From: an uncultured Alphaproteobacteria bacterium
GTDB lineage: Bacteria > Pseudomonadota > Alphaproteobacteria > RF32 > CAG-239
Assembly: GCA_944391445.1 (NCBI GenBank)
Contig: CALXTL010000005.1
Coordinates: 16,768 to 80,767, forward strand
DNA length: 64,000 bases
Reading direction: 5' to 3'
In this document: in pieces, positions 41,718 to 52,080 of the stretch
Position numbering within the stretch: the stretch's first letter is position 1
How the letters are laid out: each line of letters begins with the position of its first letter
Position numbers and translations under genes: made by a program
The notes under the pieces: generated by a model
The model's database searches: none
What the model saw: the letters and a program-made list of their open reading frames with translations, nothing else
What the model was told of the DNA's origin: nothing

Positions 41718-42452
41718 TCATTCATTATCAATTTCGACCACACCGCTGTCAGCAACTTTGGCCATGAATTTTTTGCCGCTTTTCGTATTTTCAACCTCAA
41801 TTCTCTGGCCTTTGGCCCCATCTTCCAGCGCTTCGGCTTTGGACGTAATTTGCAATCCTTTGCTTTTATAAACAGCCGTAACAATATCCCCCTTACGGAT
41901 CACCAGCTTCTCGCCGACATCTCTTTCGGCAATCAAACGCCCTTCTTTAAGTGTCTTTCTGGCCTGCAAACCAACCAGCTTATCCTTGTCTACAATATTG
42001 TTATCCCGGATTCGGTTGGCTCTTATACTGATTTCTTTCAAATCATCTTCGGTAATCAACGTGCCTTTTTCAAGGGTTGCATGAGGCACATACGCCCGAA
42101 CAATCAGAAAATAACGACCACTGAGCTGCGTTTGCTCAACTTGCTTGCCATCGGCAAAAATTTCTGCCTCGGCCGTAAACTTATTCTGCGCTTCATCAAC
42201 TTTAAGATTAAAGATCATAATCCGCGCCCTTTGCGCATCCGGTAAAACAAACTTGGTTTTGCCGCCAAAAAATTCTACTTCAAGGGTTCCCTCAACCCCC
42301 TGCTCTGCAAACTCGTCGATAACAGCTGCCGCCATATCATTTTCATCAAACACAGCCGCCGCAGCCAAACGGCTTGAACACATCACCGTCAGCAATATCA
42401 CCGGAAAAAAGATTTTACTAAGTTTCAACAACACGGAGCTCTCTTTCCTCAT
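41718..42452 (-). CDS. flgA: Flagellar basal-body P-ring formation chaperone FlgA
   Basis: Signal peptide; FlgA/SAF-domain C-terminus (RIEVENTKSGKKFMAKVADSGVVEI); lies between flgG and flgH. Confidence 0.8.
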   Translation of the reverse strand: MRKESSVLLKLSKIFFPVILLTVMCSSRLAAAAVFDENDMAAAVIDEFAEQGVEGTLEVEFFGGKTKFVLPDAQRARIMIFNLKVDEAQNKFTAEAEIFADGKQVEQTQLSGRYFLIVRAYVPHATLEKGTLITEDDLKEISIRANRIRDNNIVDKDKLVGLQARKTLKEGRLIAERDVGEKLVIRKGDIVTAVYKSKGLQITSKAEALEDGAKGQRIEVENTKSGKKFMAKVADSGVVEIDNE

Positions 42453-42459
42453 ATGATTT

Positions 42460-43248
42460 CTACTTCAGCTGATTAATAGTTGTCAGCATCTGGTCCGACG
42501 TTGAAATAATTTTGGAATTCATTTCATAGGCGCGTTGAGCAGAAACAAGTTCGGTAATTTCCGTCACAGCATTAACATTGGACGTTGCCAGATACCCTTG
42601 CAAAATTGAACCGAAACCTTCCGTATCCGGGTTATCCAAGACCGGATCGCCGGAAGCTTCCGTTTCCATAAACAGGTTGTCACCGATAGCTTCCAAACCG
42701 GCTTCGTTTACAAAGGTGGCCAATTCCAATTGCCCCACATTAACCTCATCAGTTTCGCCGTCTTGCTTGATCCAGACTTCGCCCGAACTATTGACATAAA
42801 CTTCAACCGCATCATCGGGAATGGTAATTTCCGGCTGAACCACATAACCGTCATGTGTCACAATAATGCCGTCGCCATTACGTTGAAAAGCACCGTCTCG
42901 TGTATAGGCAATGCCTTTTCCCTCAGGCAGTTCAATCTGAAAATAACCGCGTCCCTGAATCGCCAAATCAAGGCTGTTATCTGTTTTGACCAAACCGCCA
43001 CCTTCGGTAATGCGATAAACCGCCGCGGTCTGCACCCCAAGTCCCAACTGGATACCCGACGGAATAATGGTATTGTCAGCCGTCGACGAAGCTCCCGGAC
43101 GGATAATGTTTTGATACAGCAGATCATTAAACTCAGCCCGACGTTTGGTATAGGCTGTGGTATTCATATTGGCAATATTATTGGCAATAACGTCAACATT
43201 GGTCTGCTGAGCCAGCATGCCGGTTGCACCGATATATAAAGATCTCAT
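42460..43248 (-). CDS. flgG: Flagellar basal-body distal rod protein FlgG
   Basis: N-terminal rod motif [40 protein letters not shown] and C-terminal rod motif ([22 protein letters not shown]); 262 aa. Confidence 0.92.
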   Translation of the reverse strand: [262 protein letters not shown]

Positions 43249-43265
43249 AAGTTTTCCCCTTTTTG

Positions 43266-44009
43266 TTAAGCCAGCTGGGCATAAGTTGAAATAGTGTTCG
43301 ATATTCTGTCGTGTTCTTCGTCAATCATCTGCTGCACATATTCATAAGAGCGCTGAACTTTAATCAGCTTAGTCATTTCCGCAATGGCATTGACATTGGA
43401 TTTTTCAATCACACCCTGTTTCACCCGCACATCATCATTGCCGATGGTCATGGTATTGCCATTGACGTTTTCAAACATCGTTCCTGCAACTTTTAACAGC
43501 TTCTGATTATCTTCAAACGAAGCCAGCTTAAGCCGGCCGATTAAACCGTTTTCCGTAATGACATCGCCGCTTTCGGTAATGGTAATTTCCGTTTCACCGG
43601 GAGCAATAAAAAACGGCGTATCATTTTCCGAAAGCAAAACCGCGCCTTCACTAGTCACCAGTTTTCCCTCGCTGTCAGGAGAAAACTGGCCTTTGCGCGT
43701 ATATCTTTCGCCGCCTTGCGTATCCACACAGAAGAAGGCATCGCCTTTAATGGCCAGATCAAAAGTGTTTCCCGTTGTGGTAAACACGCCTTCGGCAAAA
43801 TTTTGAACTGAACCGTAATCCTGCGTAAAATAAAGCGGTGCGCGGCCGATCCCCTCTGCTTCCGGTGTCTGCACCAAATAAGACGTAAACAAAACATCGT
43901 CTTGCTTATACCCGGAGGTATTCATATTGGCCATATTATTGGAAATGATATCCATCTGCTTCCACAAAGCCATTTGCCGAGATAAAGCAATATAATTTGT
44001 ATTATCCAT
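43266..44009 (-). CDS. flgF: Flagellar basal-body proximal rod protein FlgF
   Basis: N-terminus MDNTNYIALSRQMALWKQMDIISNNMANMNTSGYK plus a C-terminal rod motif; 247 aa; immediately upstream of flgG. Confidence 0.9.
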   Translation of the reverse strand: MDNTNYIALSRQMALWKQMDIISNNMANMNTSGYKQDDVLFTSYLVQTPEAEGIGRAPLYFTQDYGSVQNFAEGVFTTTGNTFDLAIKGDAFFCVDTQGGERYTRKGQFSPDSEGKLVTSEGAVLLSENDTPFFIAPGETEITITESGDVITENGLIGRLKLASFEDNQKLLKVAGTMFENVNGNTMTIGNDDVRVKQGVIEKSNVNAIAEMTKLIKVQRSYEYVQQMIDEEHDRISNTISTYAQLA

Positions 44010-44150
44010 GTTTATTTTCCCCTTAATAGTATGGATATAAATTATGTTGCCATATCATATGCAAAAGTCGTGCCAAATTTTTAGATATTAATTTTTATAT
44101 TTGAAAATCATCTTATTTATCCCATATAATGCAGAAACTAAATACAAAAA

Positions 44151-44183
44151 CAGCCCGCTTTGACAAACGGGCTGTTTTTTTTA
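44151..44183. terminator. Bidirectional rho-independent terminator between pheT and the flgF promoter region
   Basis: Hairpin cagcccg...cgggctg flanked by A-rich and T8 runs. Confidence 0.6.
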
Positions 44184-44198
44184 ATTTTTACAAAAAGG

Positions 44199-46592
44199 CT
44201 AAGCGCCTTTACGCAATTCCGCGCCAAACTTGTTTTTAAGCGCCTGTTCCACCTTTTGCATCAGAATTTCAATATCCTGATCACTGTAGGTATTTTCAAC
44301 CGGTTGGAATGTAATTGACAAAGCCAAAGACTTTTTCCCGGCCGGCAAATTTTCACCTTCATACGCATCAAAAATACGCACTTCGGCAATATGCGCACGA
44401 TCAGCCGTACGGGCTGTCGCAATCACATCATCTGCACGCACATCCTTATTCAGCACAAAAGCCATATCTTTGTCTACCGGCTGAAAAGCGGAAAGTGTAA
44501 GTTTCTTTTTTGCTTTGTCCCGGTTTGACCGCGGCAACGGCAACTTATCCAAAACAACTTCAAAAGCATAAACACGTTGTTTGATACCCAGCTTCTTCAG
44601 AACCAGCGGATGCAGCTCACCAAAATAAGCCACCACATTTTTGCCCAAACGTAAAGCCCCGCTGCGCCCCGGATGATAATATTCCGGCGCATCCAGACTG
44701 ATCTGGACACTGTCATACGGCCCGTTCGCCGCAGCAATCGCAGCCAGCGCATCAGCTTTGACATCAAAAACATCAAAACCTCGCTGCTCGCTCAGCCAAT
44801 GTTTTTTTGAGGTTTGTCCGGAACGAATACCAGCCGCCGTCATATATTGCTCGCCCGGCTTACGACCATAAAATTCCGGCCCGACCTCAAATAAAGACAC
44901 ATTGCCATACCCACGGGCAATATTACTTTTCAGCCCCAACAACAAATTTGGCAGGACCGACGGCCGCATTTCATCCAAATCGGCGGCAATCGGATTGGAA
45001 AGAACAATACTTTCCTGACCTTTGCGAAACATCTCTGCAATTTTTGAATCGGTAAAACTCCAAGTCACCGTTTCATACATACCGCGATCGGCCAATTCGT
45101 GTTTAACTGTCACAACCCGGCGTTGCGACGGCGTCAGTGTCTGTTTCGGAAACTTCCCGTGCGGCAGGCTTTCAGCCGGCACTTTGTCCAGGCCAATCAT
45201 GCGCACGACTTCTTCAATCAGATCATGTTCCCCTTCAATATCGCCGCGCCAAGTCGGAGAAACAGCCTTGATTCGACCGTTTTCCAAAGAAGTCTCAAAG
45301 CCAAGATGCGTAAGAATTTCTAAAATCTTATCCTGTGACACATCCAGTCCGATCAGACTTTTCACCCGTTCCGGCCGCAAATAAGCCACTCGCGGTGTCA
45401 CATCTTCCGAACCGGCAATCACCACATCCGACGGCTCACCGCCGCATATTTCGCAAATCAACTGCGTGGCATAATCCGATCCCAACACATTTGACTTCGG
45501 ATCAACCCAACGTTCATAGCGATATCGTGAATCGGAATCAATCTGGAAATGACGCCCTGTCCGCGCAATGCAAACCGGATTAAACAAAGCACATTCCAGA
45601 AAAACATTTTTGGTCTCGTCTGAACAACCTTTGGACGCGCCGCCCATAATGCCGCCCAAACACTGAACGCCTTCATCATCGCAAATACCGAGAGATTTAT
45701 CGTCCAAGACATATTCTTTTTCTTCCAGAGACACAAATTTCTCGCCATTTTTGGCCATGCGCACGCAAATATCGCCTTTGAGCTTGTCCGCATCAAAAAC
45801 ATGCAGCGGCCGCGCCATATCATAGTTAATATAATTGGTCACATCAACCAGCGGAGAAATGGGGCGCAAACCAATTGCCGTCAACCGGTCACGCATCCAC
45901 TTCGGCGTTTCCGCCCTGTTATTGACATGACGAATATAGCGGCCGACATAAGTCGGACAGGCCTCAAAATCTTCAACCTTTATATTAATAGGACTCTTGA
46001 ACGCCCCGTTTTTCTTTAAAATTTTCAGCGGTTTGAGTCTGCCGAGCCCGGCAGCCGCCAAATCACGGGCAATACCTCGCACACCCAAACACTCTGCACG
46101 ATTCGGCGTAATTGAAATTTCAATCACCGGATCAGCGGCAATGACATCCGTCACGGCCACACCGATCGGCGTATTTTCCGGCAAAGAGATAATGCCGCTG
46201 TGGTCTTCACCCAGACCAAGCTCCTTTTCCGAACACATCATGCCAAAACTTTCAACGCCGCGAATTTTGCCGATTTCAATTTTCTCACCGAAAGCAGGAA
46301 TCATGACCCCGACATGAGCCAAAACACCGACCATACCGAGCCGGACATTTGGCGCGCCGCAAACAATCTGCAAAACCTCGCGCCCATCATTAACTTTTAA
46401 CACATGCAGATGATCTGAATCCGGATGAGCTTGCACATCTTCAACTTTTGCTGTAACAAAATCGTCTAACCCTTTGGCGGGATTAACAACTTCCTCAACT
46501 TCCAAACCAATGCGTGTCAGCGTCTTCGCAATCTCGTCAACATCGGCCTGCGTCTCCAAATGTTCTTTTAACCAAGATAATGTAAACTTCAT
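44199..46592 (-). CDS. pheT: Phenylalanine--tRNA ligase beta subunit
   Basis: 797 aa with the full PheT architecture (tRNA-binding domain, B3/4, B5, FDX-ACB); overlaps pheS as ATGA. Confidence 0.93.
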   Translation of the reverse strand: MKFTLSWLKEHLETQADVDEIAKTLTRIGLEVEEVVNPAKGLDDFVTAKVEDVQAHPDSDHLHVLKVNDGREVLQIVCGAPNVRLGMVGVLAHVGVMIPAFGEKIEIGKIRGVESFGMMCSEKELGLGEDHSGIISLPENTPIGVAVTDVIAADPVIEISITPNRAECLGVRGIARDLAAAGLGRLKPLKILKKNGAFKSPINIKVEDFEACPTYVGRYIRHVNNRAETPKWMRDRLTAIGLRPISPLVDVTNYINYDMARPLHVFDADKLKGDICVRMAKNGEKFVSLEEKEYVLDDKSLGICDDEGVQCLGGIMGGASKGCSDETKNVFLECALFNPVCIARTGRHFQIDSDSRYRYERWVDPKSNVLGSDYATQLICEICGGEPSDVVIAGSEDVTPRVAYLRPERVKSLIGLDVSQDKILEILTHLGFETSLENGRIKAVSPTWRGDIEGEHDLIEEVVRMIGLDKVPAESLPHGKFPKQTLTPSQRRVVTVKHELADRGMYETVTWSFTDSKIAEMFRKGQESIVLSNPIAADLDEMRPSVLPNLLLGLKSNIARGYGNVSLFEVGPEFYGRKPGEQYMTAAGIRSGQTSKKHWLSEQRGFDVFDVKADALAAIAAANGPYDSVQISLDAPEYYHPGRSGALRLGKNVVAYFGELHPLVLKKLGIKQRVYAFEVVLDKLPLPRSNRDKAKKKLTLSAFQPVDKDMAFVLNKDVRADDVIATARTADRAHIAEVRIFDAYEGENLPAGKKSLALSITFQPVENTYSDQDIEILMQKVEQALKNKFGAELRKGA

Positions 46593-47698
46593 CGTGCCAA
46601 TCCTCCGTTATTGCTCAATCCGCCGGTCATTGAAGATTCGTCCAACGGCACAAAACCATAATGTTTAAGCCAGCGCACATCCGATTCAAAGAAAGTCCGC
46701 AAATCGGGAATGCCGTATTTCAGCATCGCAAGGCGATCCAGTCCCAGCCCGAAAGCAAACCCCTGATATTCTTCAGGGTCAATACCGCCAGCCTTCAAAA
46801 CATTGGGATGCACCATCCCGCAACCCAAAATCTCAAGCCAGTCGGTGCCGGCACCGATTTTCAATTCGTCTTTAGATTTTTTACAACCGATATCCATTTC
46901 AGCCGAAGGTTCGGTAAATGGAAAAAACGACGGACGATAACGTACCGGAATTTCATCCACTTCAAAAAAAGCTTTGATGAAGTCATACAAACACCCTTTC
47001 AAATGTGCCATGGTGATATTCCGGTCAATCACCAACCCCTCAATCTGGTGAAACATCGGTGTATGCGTCGCGTCATAATCCGAACGATAAGTCCGCCCCG
47101 GCGCAATAATGCGGATCGGCGGCCGCTGTTTTTCCATAGTACGGATCTGCACCGGTGAGGTATGCGTCCGAATGACATAACTGTCGTCAATATCTCTGGA
47201 ACCATTGGCTTCTTTAGGCAGATAAAAAGTATCATGCATCTGCCGGGCAGGATGATTAGCCGGAATATTCAAAGCCGTAAAATTATGAAAATCATCCTCA
47301 ATATCCGGACCTTCAGCCACATCAAAACCCATTTCGCCGAAAATAGCCGTTACCTCTTCATATATTTTTGAAACAGGATGAATCCGCCCCTGAGTTTCCG
47401 GACGCACCGGCAATGTCACGTCAATTTTCTCTTCAGCAAGCCGGGCATTAAGTTCCGCCTTTTCCAAAAGACTTTTCCGCGCTTCCAATGCAGATTCGAT
47501 TTCCATCTTCAAAACATTAAACACGCGCCCCGCTTCTTTGCGCTCTTCCGGAGACAAAGCGCCGAGACTTTTCATCATTTCGGTAATGCAGCCTTTTTTG
47601 CCCAAAGCCAAAACCCTTGTCTCTTCCAGAGATTTCAGATTCTCGGCAGCAGCAATTTCAGTCAAAATCCGTTTTTTTATATCTTCGATGTTTTCCAT
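46589..47698 (-). CDS. pheS: Phenylalanine--tRNA ligase alpha subunit
   Basis: Class II aaRS motifs ([45 protein letters not shown]). Confidence 0.93.
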   Translation of the reverse strand: MENIEDIKKRILTEIAAAENLKSLEETRVLALGKKGCITEMMKSLGALSPEERKEAGRVFNVLKMEIESALEARKSLLEKAELNARLAEEKIDVTLPVRPETQGRIHPVSKIYEEVTAIFGEMGFDVAEGPDIEDDFHNFTALNIPANHPARQMHDTFYLPKEANGSRDIDDSYVIRTHTSPVQIRTMEKQRPPIRIIAPGRTYRSDYDATHTPMFHQIEGLVIDRNITMAHLKGCLYDFIKAFFEVDEIPVRYRPSFFPFTEPSAEMDIGCKKSKDELKIGAGTDWLEILGCGMVHPNVLKAGGIDPEEYQGFAFGLGLDRLAMLKYGIPDLRTFFESDVRWLKHYGFVPLDESSMTGGLSNNGGLAR

Positions 47699-47778
47699 TT
47701 TTCCACCATGATTTAAAATGTCAAAAGAGCCTCACCTGATTTCTCAAGCAGACTCTTCTGACATAATTTTCCTAACGC

Positions 47779-48138
47779 TTATTTGCTTAAAGAAGCCTTT
47801 GCCTGGTCAACCAGTTTTGTGAAAGTTTCGGGCTCTTTAACGGCGATATCAGCCAAGACTTTACGATCAAGCTCAATACCGGCGAGGGTGAGCCCGTTCA
47901 TAAATCGGGAATAGGTCATATCGTGCAAACGGGCAGCGGCGTTAATGCGCTGAATCCACAAAGCGCGGAAGTTTCTTTTCTTAGCCCTTCTGTCGCGATA
48001 AGCATACTGAAGAGCTTTCTCAACTTTTTCAACCGCAACTCTGAAAACATTTTTATTGCGTCCTCTGTAGCCTTTGGCCATCGAGAGAACTTTTTTATGA
48101 CGTGCGTGAGCGGTCATACCTCTTTTCATACGAGACAT
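47779..48138 (-). CDS. rplT: 50S ribosomal protein L20
   Basis: [27 protein letters not shown]...[14 protein letters not shown], canonical L20; 119 aa. Confidence 0.95.
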   Translation of the reverse strand: MSRMKRGMTAHARHKKVLSMAKGYRGRNKNVFRVAVEKVEKALQYAYRDRRAKKRNFRALWIQRINAAARLHDMTYSRFMNGLTLAGIELDRKVLADIAVKEPETFTKLVDQAKASLSK

Positions 48139-48151
48139 TGTCTAATTCCTC

Positions 48152-48349
48152 TTACAAATATGGTAAAAATTTCTTGATGATTTTCACATCGACATTCGCC
48201 AGCAGAGTAGCGCCGCGAGCCTGTCTTTTCATCTTGGGAGATTTGCAAAAGAGGCAGTGTCTCTTAAAAGCAAAATTTCTTTTGAGTTTGCCGGTTCCGG
48301 TAACGCTGAAGCGTTTTTTGACGGAACTCTTGGTTTTCAACTTTGGCAT
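48152..48349 (-). CDS. rpmI: 50S ribosomal protein L35
   Basis: MPKLKTKSSVKKRFSVTGTGKLKR, canonical L35; 65 aa; AAGGGA ribosome-binding site. Confidence 0.92.
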   Translation of the reverse strand: MPKLKTKSSVKKRFSVTGTGKLKRNFAFKRHCLFCKSPKMKRQARGATLLANVDVKIIKKFLPYL

Positions 48350-48503
48350 TTTAATCCCTTTCTAAAATCATTTTAAGTTTGGATTGATACGATTCGTCAG
48401 GCATGCCGATCAGCACTGAACGAACCTGTTCGTTGCGCGTTATACACTTTAAATCTGCCAAATGCAAGCATTTTTTGTTTAATTTTGTGTTTTACCGCCG
48501 TTT

Positions 48504-49229
48504 TCAATAAAAATTTTCCCGGCTCACACTGAGTGATGCACGCAAATCAACCAGTTTGCCGTCTTCCAATTCAACCTTTCGGTCCATCTGATTGGCCAGA
48601 TCATGATTATGCGTGGCAATCAGAGCCGAAAGCCCGGTTTCTTTGACAATGGAAAGCAATTCGGCAAAAACAGTTTCCGATGTTTTCGGATCAAGATTTC
48701 CGGTTGGTTCGTCGGCCAGCAGCAGTTTTGGCGTATTAGCCAGAGCTCTGGCAATGGCCACGCGCTGCTGCTCCCCGCCGGAAAGTTCGGCCGGACGGTG
48801 CTTAAACCGCTTGCCAAGTCCCAAACGCGACAACAACCACTGAGCTTTTTCCCGGGCAACTTTCGGCCGTACACCGGCAATCAATTGTGGCAGCATAACA
48901 TTTTCTGCCGCATCAAAATCAGGAAGCAAATTATGGTATTGATAAACAAACCCGAGATAATCCCGGCGCAAAACTGTCCGCATGGCATCGCCGAGTTTGC
49001 TGCATTTCTGCCCGTCAAGATAGATCTCGCCTTTGCTCGGCCGCTCAAGCAATCCGGCAATCTGCAGCAACGTAGACTTCCCCGCTCCCGAAGGGCCGAT
49101 CAGGGCGATGACCTCGCCTTTGTCAATATCCAGATTAATTCCTTTCAGAACTTCAAGCGTTTGCGAGCCTTGCTTAAAGGAACGATACACATTTTTTATT
49201 TCCAAAGTCGGAGCTGATTTTTTATTCAT
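48504..49229 (-). CDS. lolD: Lipoprotein-releasing system ATP-binding protein LolD
   Basis: ABC ATPase ([34 protein letters not shown]) paired with the LolC/E permease upstream. Start set at the ATG at 49229, which overlaps the lolE stop by 8 nt. Confidence 0.85.
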   Translation of the reverse strand: MNKKSAPTLEIKNVYRSFKQGSQTLEVLKGINLDIDKGEVIALIGPSGAGKSTLLQIAGLLERPSKGEIYLDGQKCSKLGDAMRTVLRRDYLGFVYQYHNLLPDFDAAENVMLPQLIAGVRPKVAREKAQWLLSRLGLGKRFKHRPAELSGGEQQRVAIARALANTPKLLLADEPTGNLDPKTSETVFAELLSIVKETGLSALIATHNHDLANQMDRKVELEDGKLVDLRASLSVSRENFY

Positions 49230-50469
49230 AACGCAAAGCCTCCACCGGATCAAGTTTTGCGGCGCGATACGCCGGATAAAGCGTCGCCAGAAACGAAAGC
49301 AGCAGTGAAATGCCAACCACCATAATAACCTCAAAATTATCTACTTTTGCCGGCAGTTTGGACAAGAAATAAATCTCTGCCGAAAACAAATCCTGACCGA
49401 GCAAATTTTGCAATCCCTGACGTATAGCCTCAATATGGTGACAGAATAAAAGTCCCAGCATCAATCCGAGCAGTGTGCCGACCGTCCCGATAAAAGCGCC
49501 GTCCATAAAGAAAATCCGCATAATCATTCCTTTGGTGGCTCCCATTGTCCGCAATACCGCAATATCACGGCCTTTGTCCTTAACCAGCATAATCAACCCG
49601 GTGATGATATTAAATGCCGCCACCAAAATAATCAGAGTCAAAATCAAAAACATCACGTTGCGTTCAACGTCAATTGCGTTAAAAAACGCGGCATTAGACT
49701 GTTTCCAGTCATAAACATACGCCCCGGCGCCGACACTTTGCTCAATACTTTTACGCACAGGCGCCAACACGCTTTCGTCATCCAGCGTCACATCAATATT
49801 GGTCACCGCACCTTTCAAACCAAAATATGTCTGTGCCGTTGCAAGCGGCATAAAAATATAGGTGGAATCATATTCATACATCCCCAAATCAAACGTGCCG
49901 ATCACCTGATAAGATTTCATTCGCGGCACGGTGCCGAAAGCAGTGACTTTACCGTTAGGCGAAATCAACGTAATCTTATCGCCGGGCACAACCCCCATTT
50001 TACTGGCCAGTCGAACACCCATGATCACATTGTCGCCTTCAAAATCTTTCATATCCACATTTCTGACACCGTCTTTCAAAATCGGTTTCTTGAGTAAATC
50101 CTCGCGTGACAAACCGCGTACCATGGCTCCCTCGGCAGACTTCCCGGCACTGACCAAAAGCTGATTTTCAATCATCGGAATCACAATGCTGACATGTTCC
50201 GTTTCAGCCAGTTCTTTAACCGCCTGCTGATAATTATTAAAAGGATAGCCCAACGGCGACATCAGACCGATATGCCCGTTAATGCCTAAAATTCTGGATA
50301 AAAGCTCATGGCGAAAACCGTTCATAACCGACATCACGATAATCAAAGTCGCCACGCCGAGCGCAATTCCCGTAAATGCAAAGCCGGTAATCACCGAAAT
50401 AAAGCCTTCTTTGCGCTTGGCACGCAGATAGCGCCGCGCCACCAATCGCTCAAATTTTGAAAACAACAT
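49222..50469 (-). CDS. lolE: Lipoprotein-releasing system permease, LolC/LolE family (FtsX-like)
   Basis: 415 aa; N-terminal transmembrane helix, large periplasmic domain and three C-terminal helices typical of MacB/FtsX-fold LolCE; adjacent to lolD. Confidence 0.85.
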   Translation of the reverse strand: MLFSKFERLVARRYLRAKRKEGFISVITGFAFTGIALGVATLIIVMSVMNGFRHELLSRILGINGHIGLMSPLGYPFNNYQQAVKELAETEHVSIVIPMIENQLLVSAGKSAEGAMVRGLSREDLLKKPILKDGVRNVDMKDFEGDNVIMGVRLASKMGVVPGDKITLISPNGKVTAFGTVPRMKSYQVIGTFDLGMYEYDSTYIFMPLATAQTYFGLKGAVTNIDVTLDDESVLAPVRKSIEQSVGAGAYVYDWKQSNAAFFNAIDVERNVMFLILTLIILVAAFNIITGLIMLVKDKGRDIAVLRTMGATKGMIMRIFFMDGAFIGTVGTLLGLMLGLLFCHHIEAIRQGLQNLLGQDLFSAEIYFLSKLPAKVDNFEVIMVVGISLLLSFLATLYPAYRAAKLDPVEALRYE

Positions 50470-50577
50470 GCTTTTCTCCCGTAATCAATATAAAATTTAT
50501 ATTGTTTTTGCTTTATTTTTACAAGCATATCACGGTCGTCATGTGTATAAAAATTTTTCTGATGATTGGTATATTTG

Positions 50578-50606
50578 TTGACACTGATTAAGCTTTATAA
50601 TAAAAT
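50578..50606 (+). promoter_or_regulatory. Near-consensus sigma-70 promoter (TTGACA-17 nt-TAAAAT) for the first Cys-rich secreted protein gene
   Basis: TTGACA at 50578-50583, 17-nt spacer, TAAAAT at 50601-50606; GAGGAG ribosome-binding site at 50627-50632 and ATG at 50641. Confidence 0.5.
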
Positions 50607-50640
50607 AGAATTAGGTATGATTTTTTGAGGAGTAAGTATT

Positions 50641-51696
50641 ATGAACGGGAAATCGTGGGGCTTGCTGAGCGTTGCGCTGCTTAGCTTTTTTGCCCTGACT
50701 GACACGGCTGCGGCCAAAACTTGGTTTCTGCCGGATTATATGGAAAAACTGCCCAATACGTACCGCGACCGTCTGAATGATGCCGACACACCGACCTTGG
50801 CCGCCACGGAATGCGCCAGGTTTAAAGACAGTGCCGGCAACCCGCTGCGCGCGCAAAGTGAAATTCCCTCTGGTCAGGTTTGCACCCGCTACCCGAACGC
50901 CGTCATCGGCAAGAACTGCGTCGGCAACTGTAAATGCGATACAACCAAATTCATTTATGACTCCTCCAACTGCAATGGCAACTACGTGCTTGCCGGCAGT
51001 TTTTGTTCAGACACCACCAAACGCGCAACGCAATGTCTGTGCAACACCAGGTTATTCCCCTACAGCTACAATGGCACGACCTGTCGTTTCCCCGATGAAT
51101 CTTTAGGAACCTGCCGTGACAAAAAAAGCGGAAGCCACATAGTGCAGCAATATTATGATGGACTGCATTTCAAAAAATGCTATGCCGACACTTGCTGGAA
51201 ATATACAGACTTGGTGGAAAAAGGCTCAGCCACCTGTAAATGGGGTTGCCCGAGCTGGGTTGATCCTGACTGTCCGAAGTGCAAAGCCAGCACCTGTTAT
51301 ACGGATGACTGCCATTTGTATGATGACCCGCCGGTTTCCAGCTGTAAATATGGCTGTGAAGAAACATCCAGCACCATCTGCACTTCAAAATGCGCCAAAT
51401 GCTATGAAGACAACTGTCGCAACCGCAAGGATAACAGCACGGAACTTGGCTGTCAGAAATATTGGGCTGACTGCCCGTCCAAATGCGAAACGGGCAAAAC
51501 CTGCTCGCCGCGCGATTGCCGAGCCGAAGGCTACACACAGACAACATGCCCGGCCAATGCCAACTGCGGCACGCCCTGCACTGACCCCTGTGATGAAAAT
51601 AACACCAAATATTACAAATACGGCACATGTAACACCGGTTACATTGATCTGCTAAACTACTGGTGTAATGGCGCCGTCAAATGCTTCTGGAAATAA
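50641..51696 (+). CDS. Cysteine-rich secreted protein (37 Cys in 351 aa), no recognisable family
   Basis: Signal peptide MNGKSWGLLSVALLSFFALTDTAAA; mature region packed with CxxC, CxC and CxxxC spacings (CVGNCKC, CPKCKASTCYTDDC, CAKCYEDNC, CPSKCETGKTCSPRDC...); strong promoter and ribosome-binding site; terminator downstream. Confidence 0.8.
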   Translation: MNGKSWGLLSVALLSFFALTDTAAAKTWFLPDYMEKLPNTYRDRLNDADTPTLAATECARFKDSAGNPLRAQSEIPSGQVCTRYPNAVIGKNCVGNCKCDTTKFIYDSSNCNGNYVLAGSFCSDTTKRATQCLCNTRLFPYSYNGTTCRFPDESLGTCRDKKSGSHIVQQYYDGLHFKKCYADTCWKYTDLVEKGSATCKWGCPSWVDPDCPKCKASTCYTDDCHLYDDPPVSSCKYGCEETSSTICTSKCAKCYEDNCRNRKDNSTELGCQKYWADCPSKCETGKTCSPRDCRAEGYTQTTCPANANCGTPCTDPCDENNTKYYKYGTCNTGYIDLLNYWCNGAVKCFWK

Positions 51697-51710
51697 GAAG
51701 CCAAACCTTC

Positions 51711-51745
51711 AAAAAGGCCTCTCCACATGGAGAGGTCTTTTCTTT
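51711..51745 (+). terminator. Rho-independent terminator after the first Cys-rich gene
   Basis: Hairpin ggcctctcc-acat-ggagaggtc followed by TTTTCTTT. Confidence 0.7.
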
Positions 51746-51757
51746 GCCCCGGTTTTC

Positions 51758-51882
51758 TCCGGACATCCCTTAAGGCGCGCCGCCGCCACCGGCACGGTCA
51801 TGTTCGGACTTGATCCGGACATCCCTTAAGGTACACGCTGCCGCCACCGGCACGGTCATGTTCGGACTTGATCCGGACATCC
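51758..51882. repeat. Intergenic tandem direct repeat, ~57-bp unit in 2.2 copies
   Basis: Unit 1 (51758-51813, tccggacatcccttaaggcgcgccgccgccaccggcacggtcatgttcggacttga) and unit 2 (51814-51871) differ only in a central 14- versus 16-nt segment; a partial third copy (tccggacatcc) lies at 51872-51882. Confidence 0.85.
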
Positions 51883-52002
51883 AGGTTAAATGATATAGCC
51901 TTATTAATCCCCCGGATCCCCGGGGCTGTTCCTCGCTAAAGCTCAAACCCGAGAATGACAAAGGAAAAAGGACTTTTTGTCAAACCGAGGTATGATTATA
52001 TG

Positions 52003-52031
52003 TTGACATCATTGGCGAAATAAGCGATACT
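52003..52031 (+). promoter_or_regulatory. Putative sigma-70 promoter (TTGACA-17 nt-GATACT) for the second Cys-rich secreted protein gene
   Basis: TTGACA at 52003-52008, 17-nt spacer, GATACT at 52026-52031; AAGGA ribosome-binding site and ATG at 52081. Confidence 0.4.
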
Positions 52032-52080
52032 GAATACAGAGCCTTGTGTCGTCATATTTCTTTTTTAAGGATGTCATGCG

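Noticed and set aside
48350-48503. Absence of infC upstream of rpmI-rplT, with lolD there instead
   Set aside because: The infC-rpmI-rplT linkage is common but not universal. Without reference genomes I cannot say that it is unusual for this lineage, so it is noted as gene order only.
51909-51925. CCCCGGATCCCCGGGG, which resembles the BamHI-SmaI core of a pBluescript-type polylinker (GGATCCCCCGGGCTG)
   Set aside because: It is only a 15-nt near-match and has no flanking vector sequence such as T3/T7, lacZ or other sites. The surrounding sequence is continuous with the native repeat and promoter. It is more likely a chance GC-rich palindrome, although vector contamination could be excluded by a VecScreen-type search.
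51770-51961. 63-aa minus-strand ORF spanning the tandem repeat
   Set aside because: It lies inside the repeat and terminator region between two convergently or divergently organised promoters. It has Gly-rich low-complexity composition and no ribosome-binding site.
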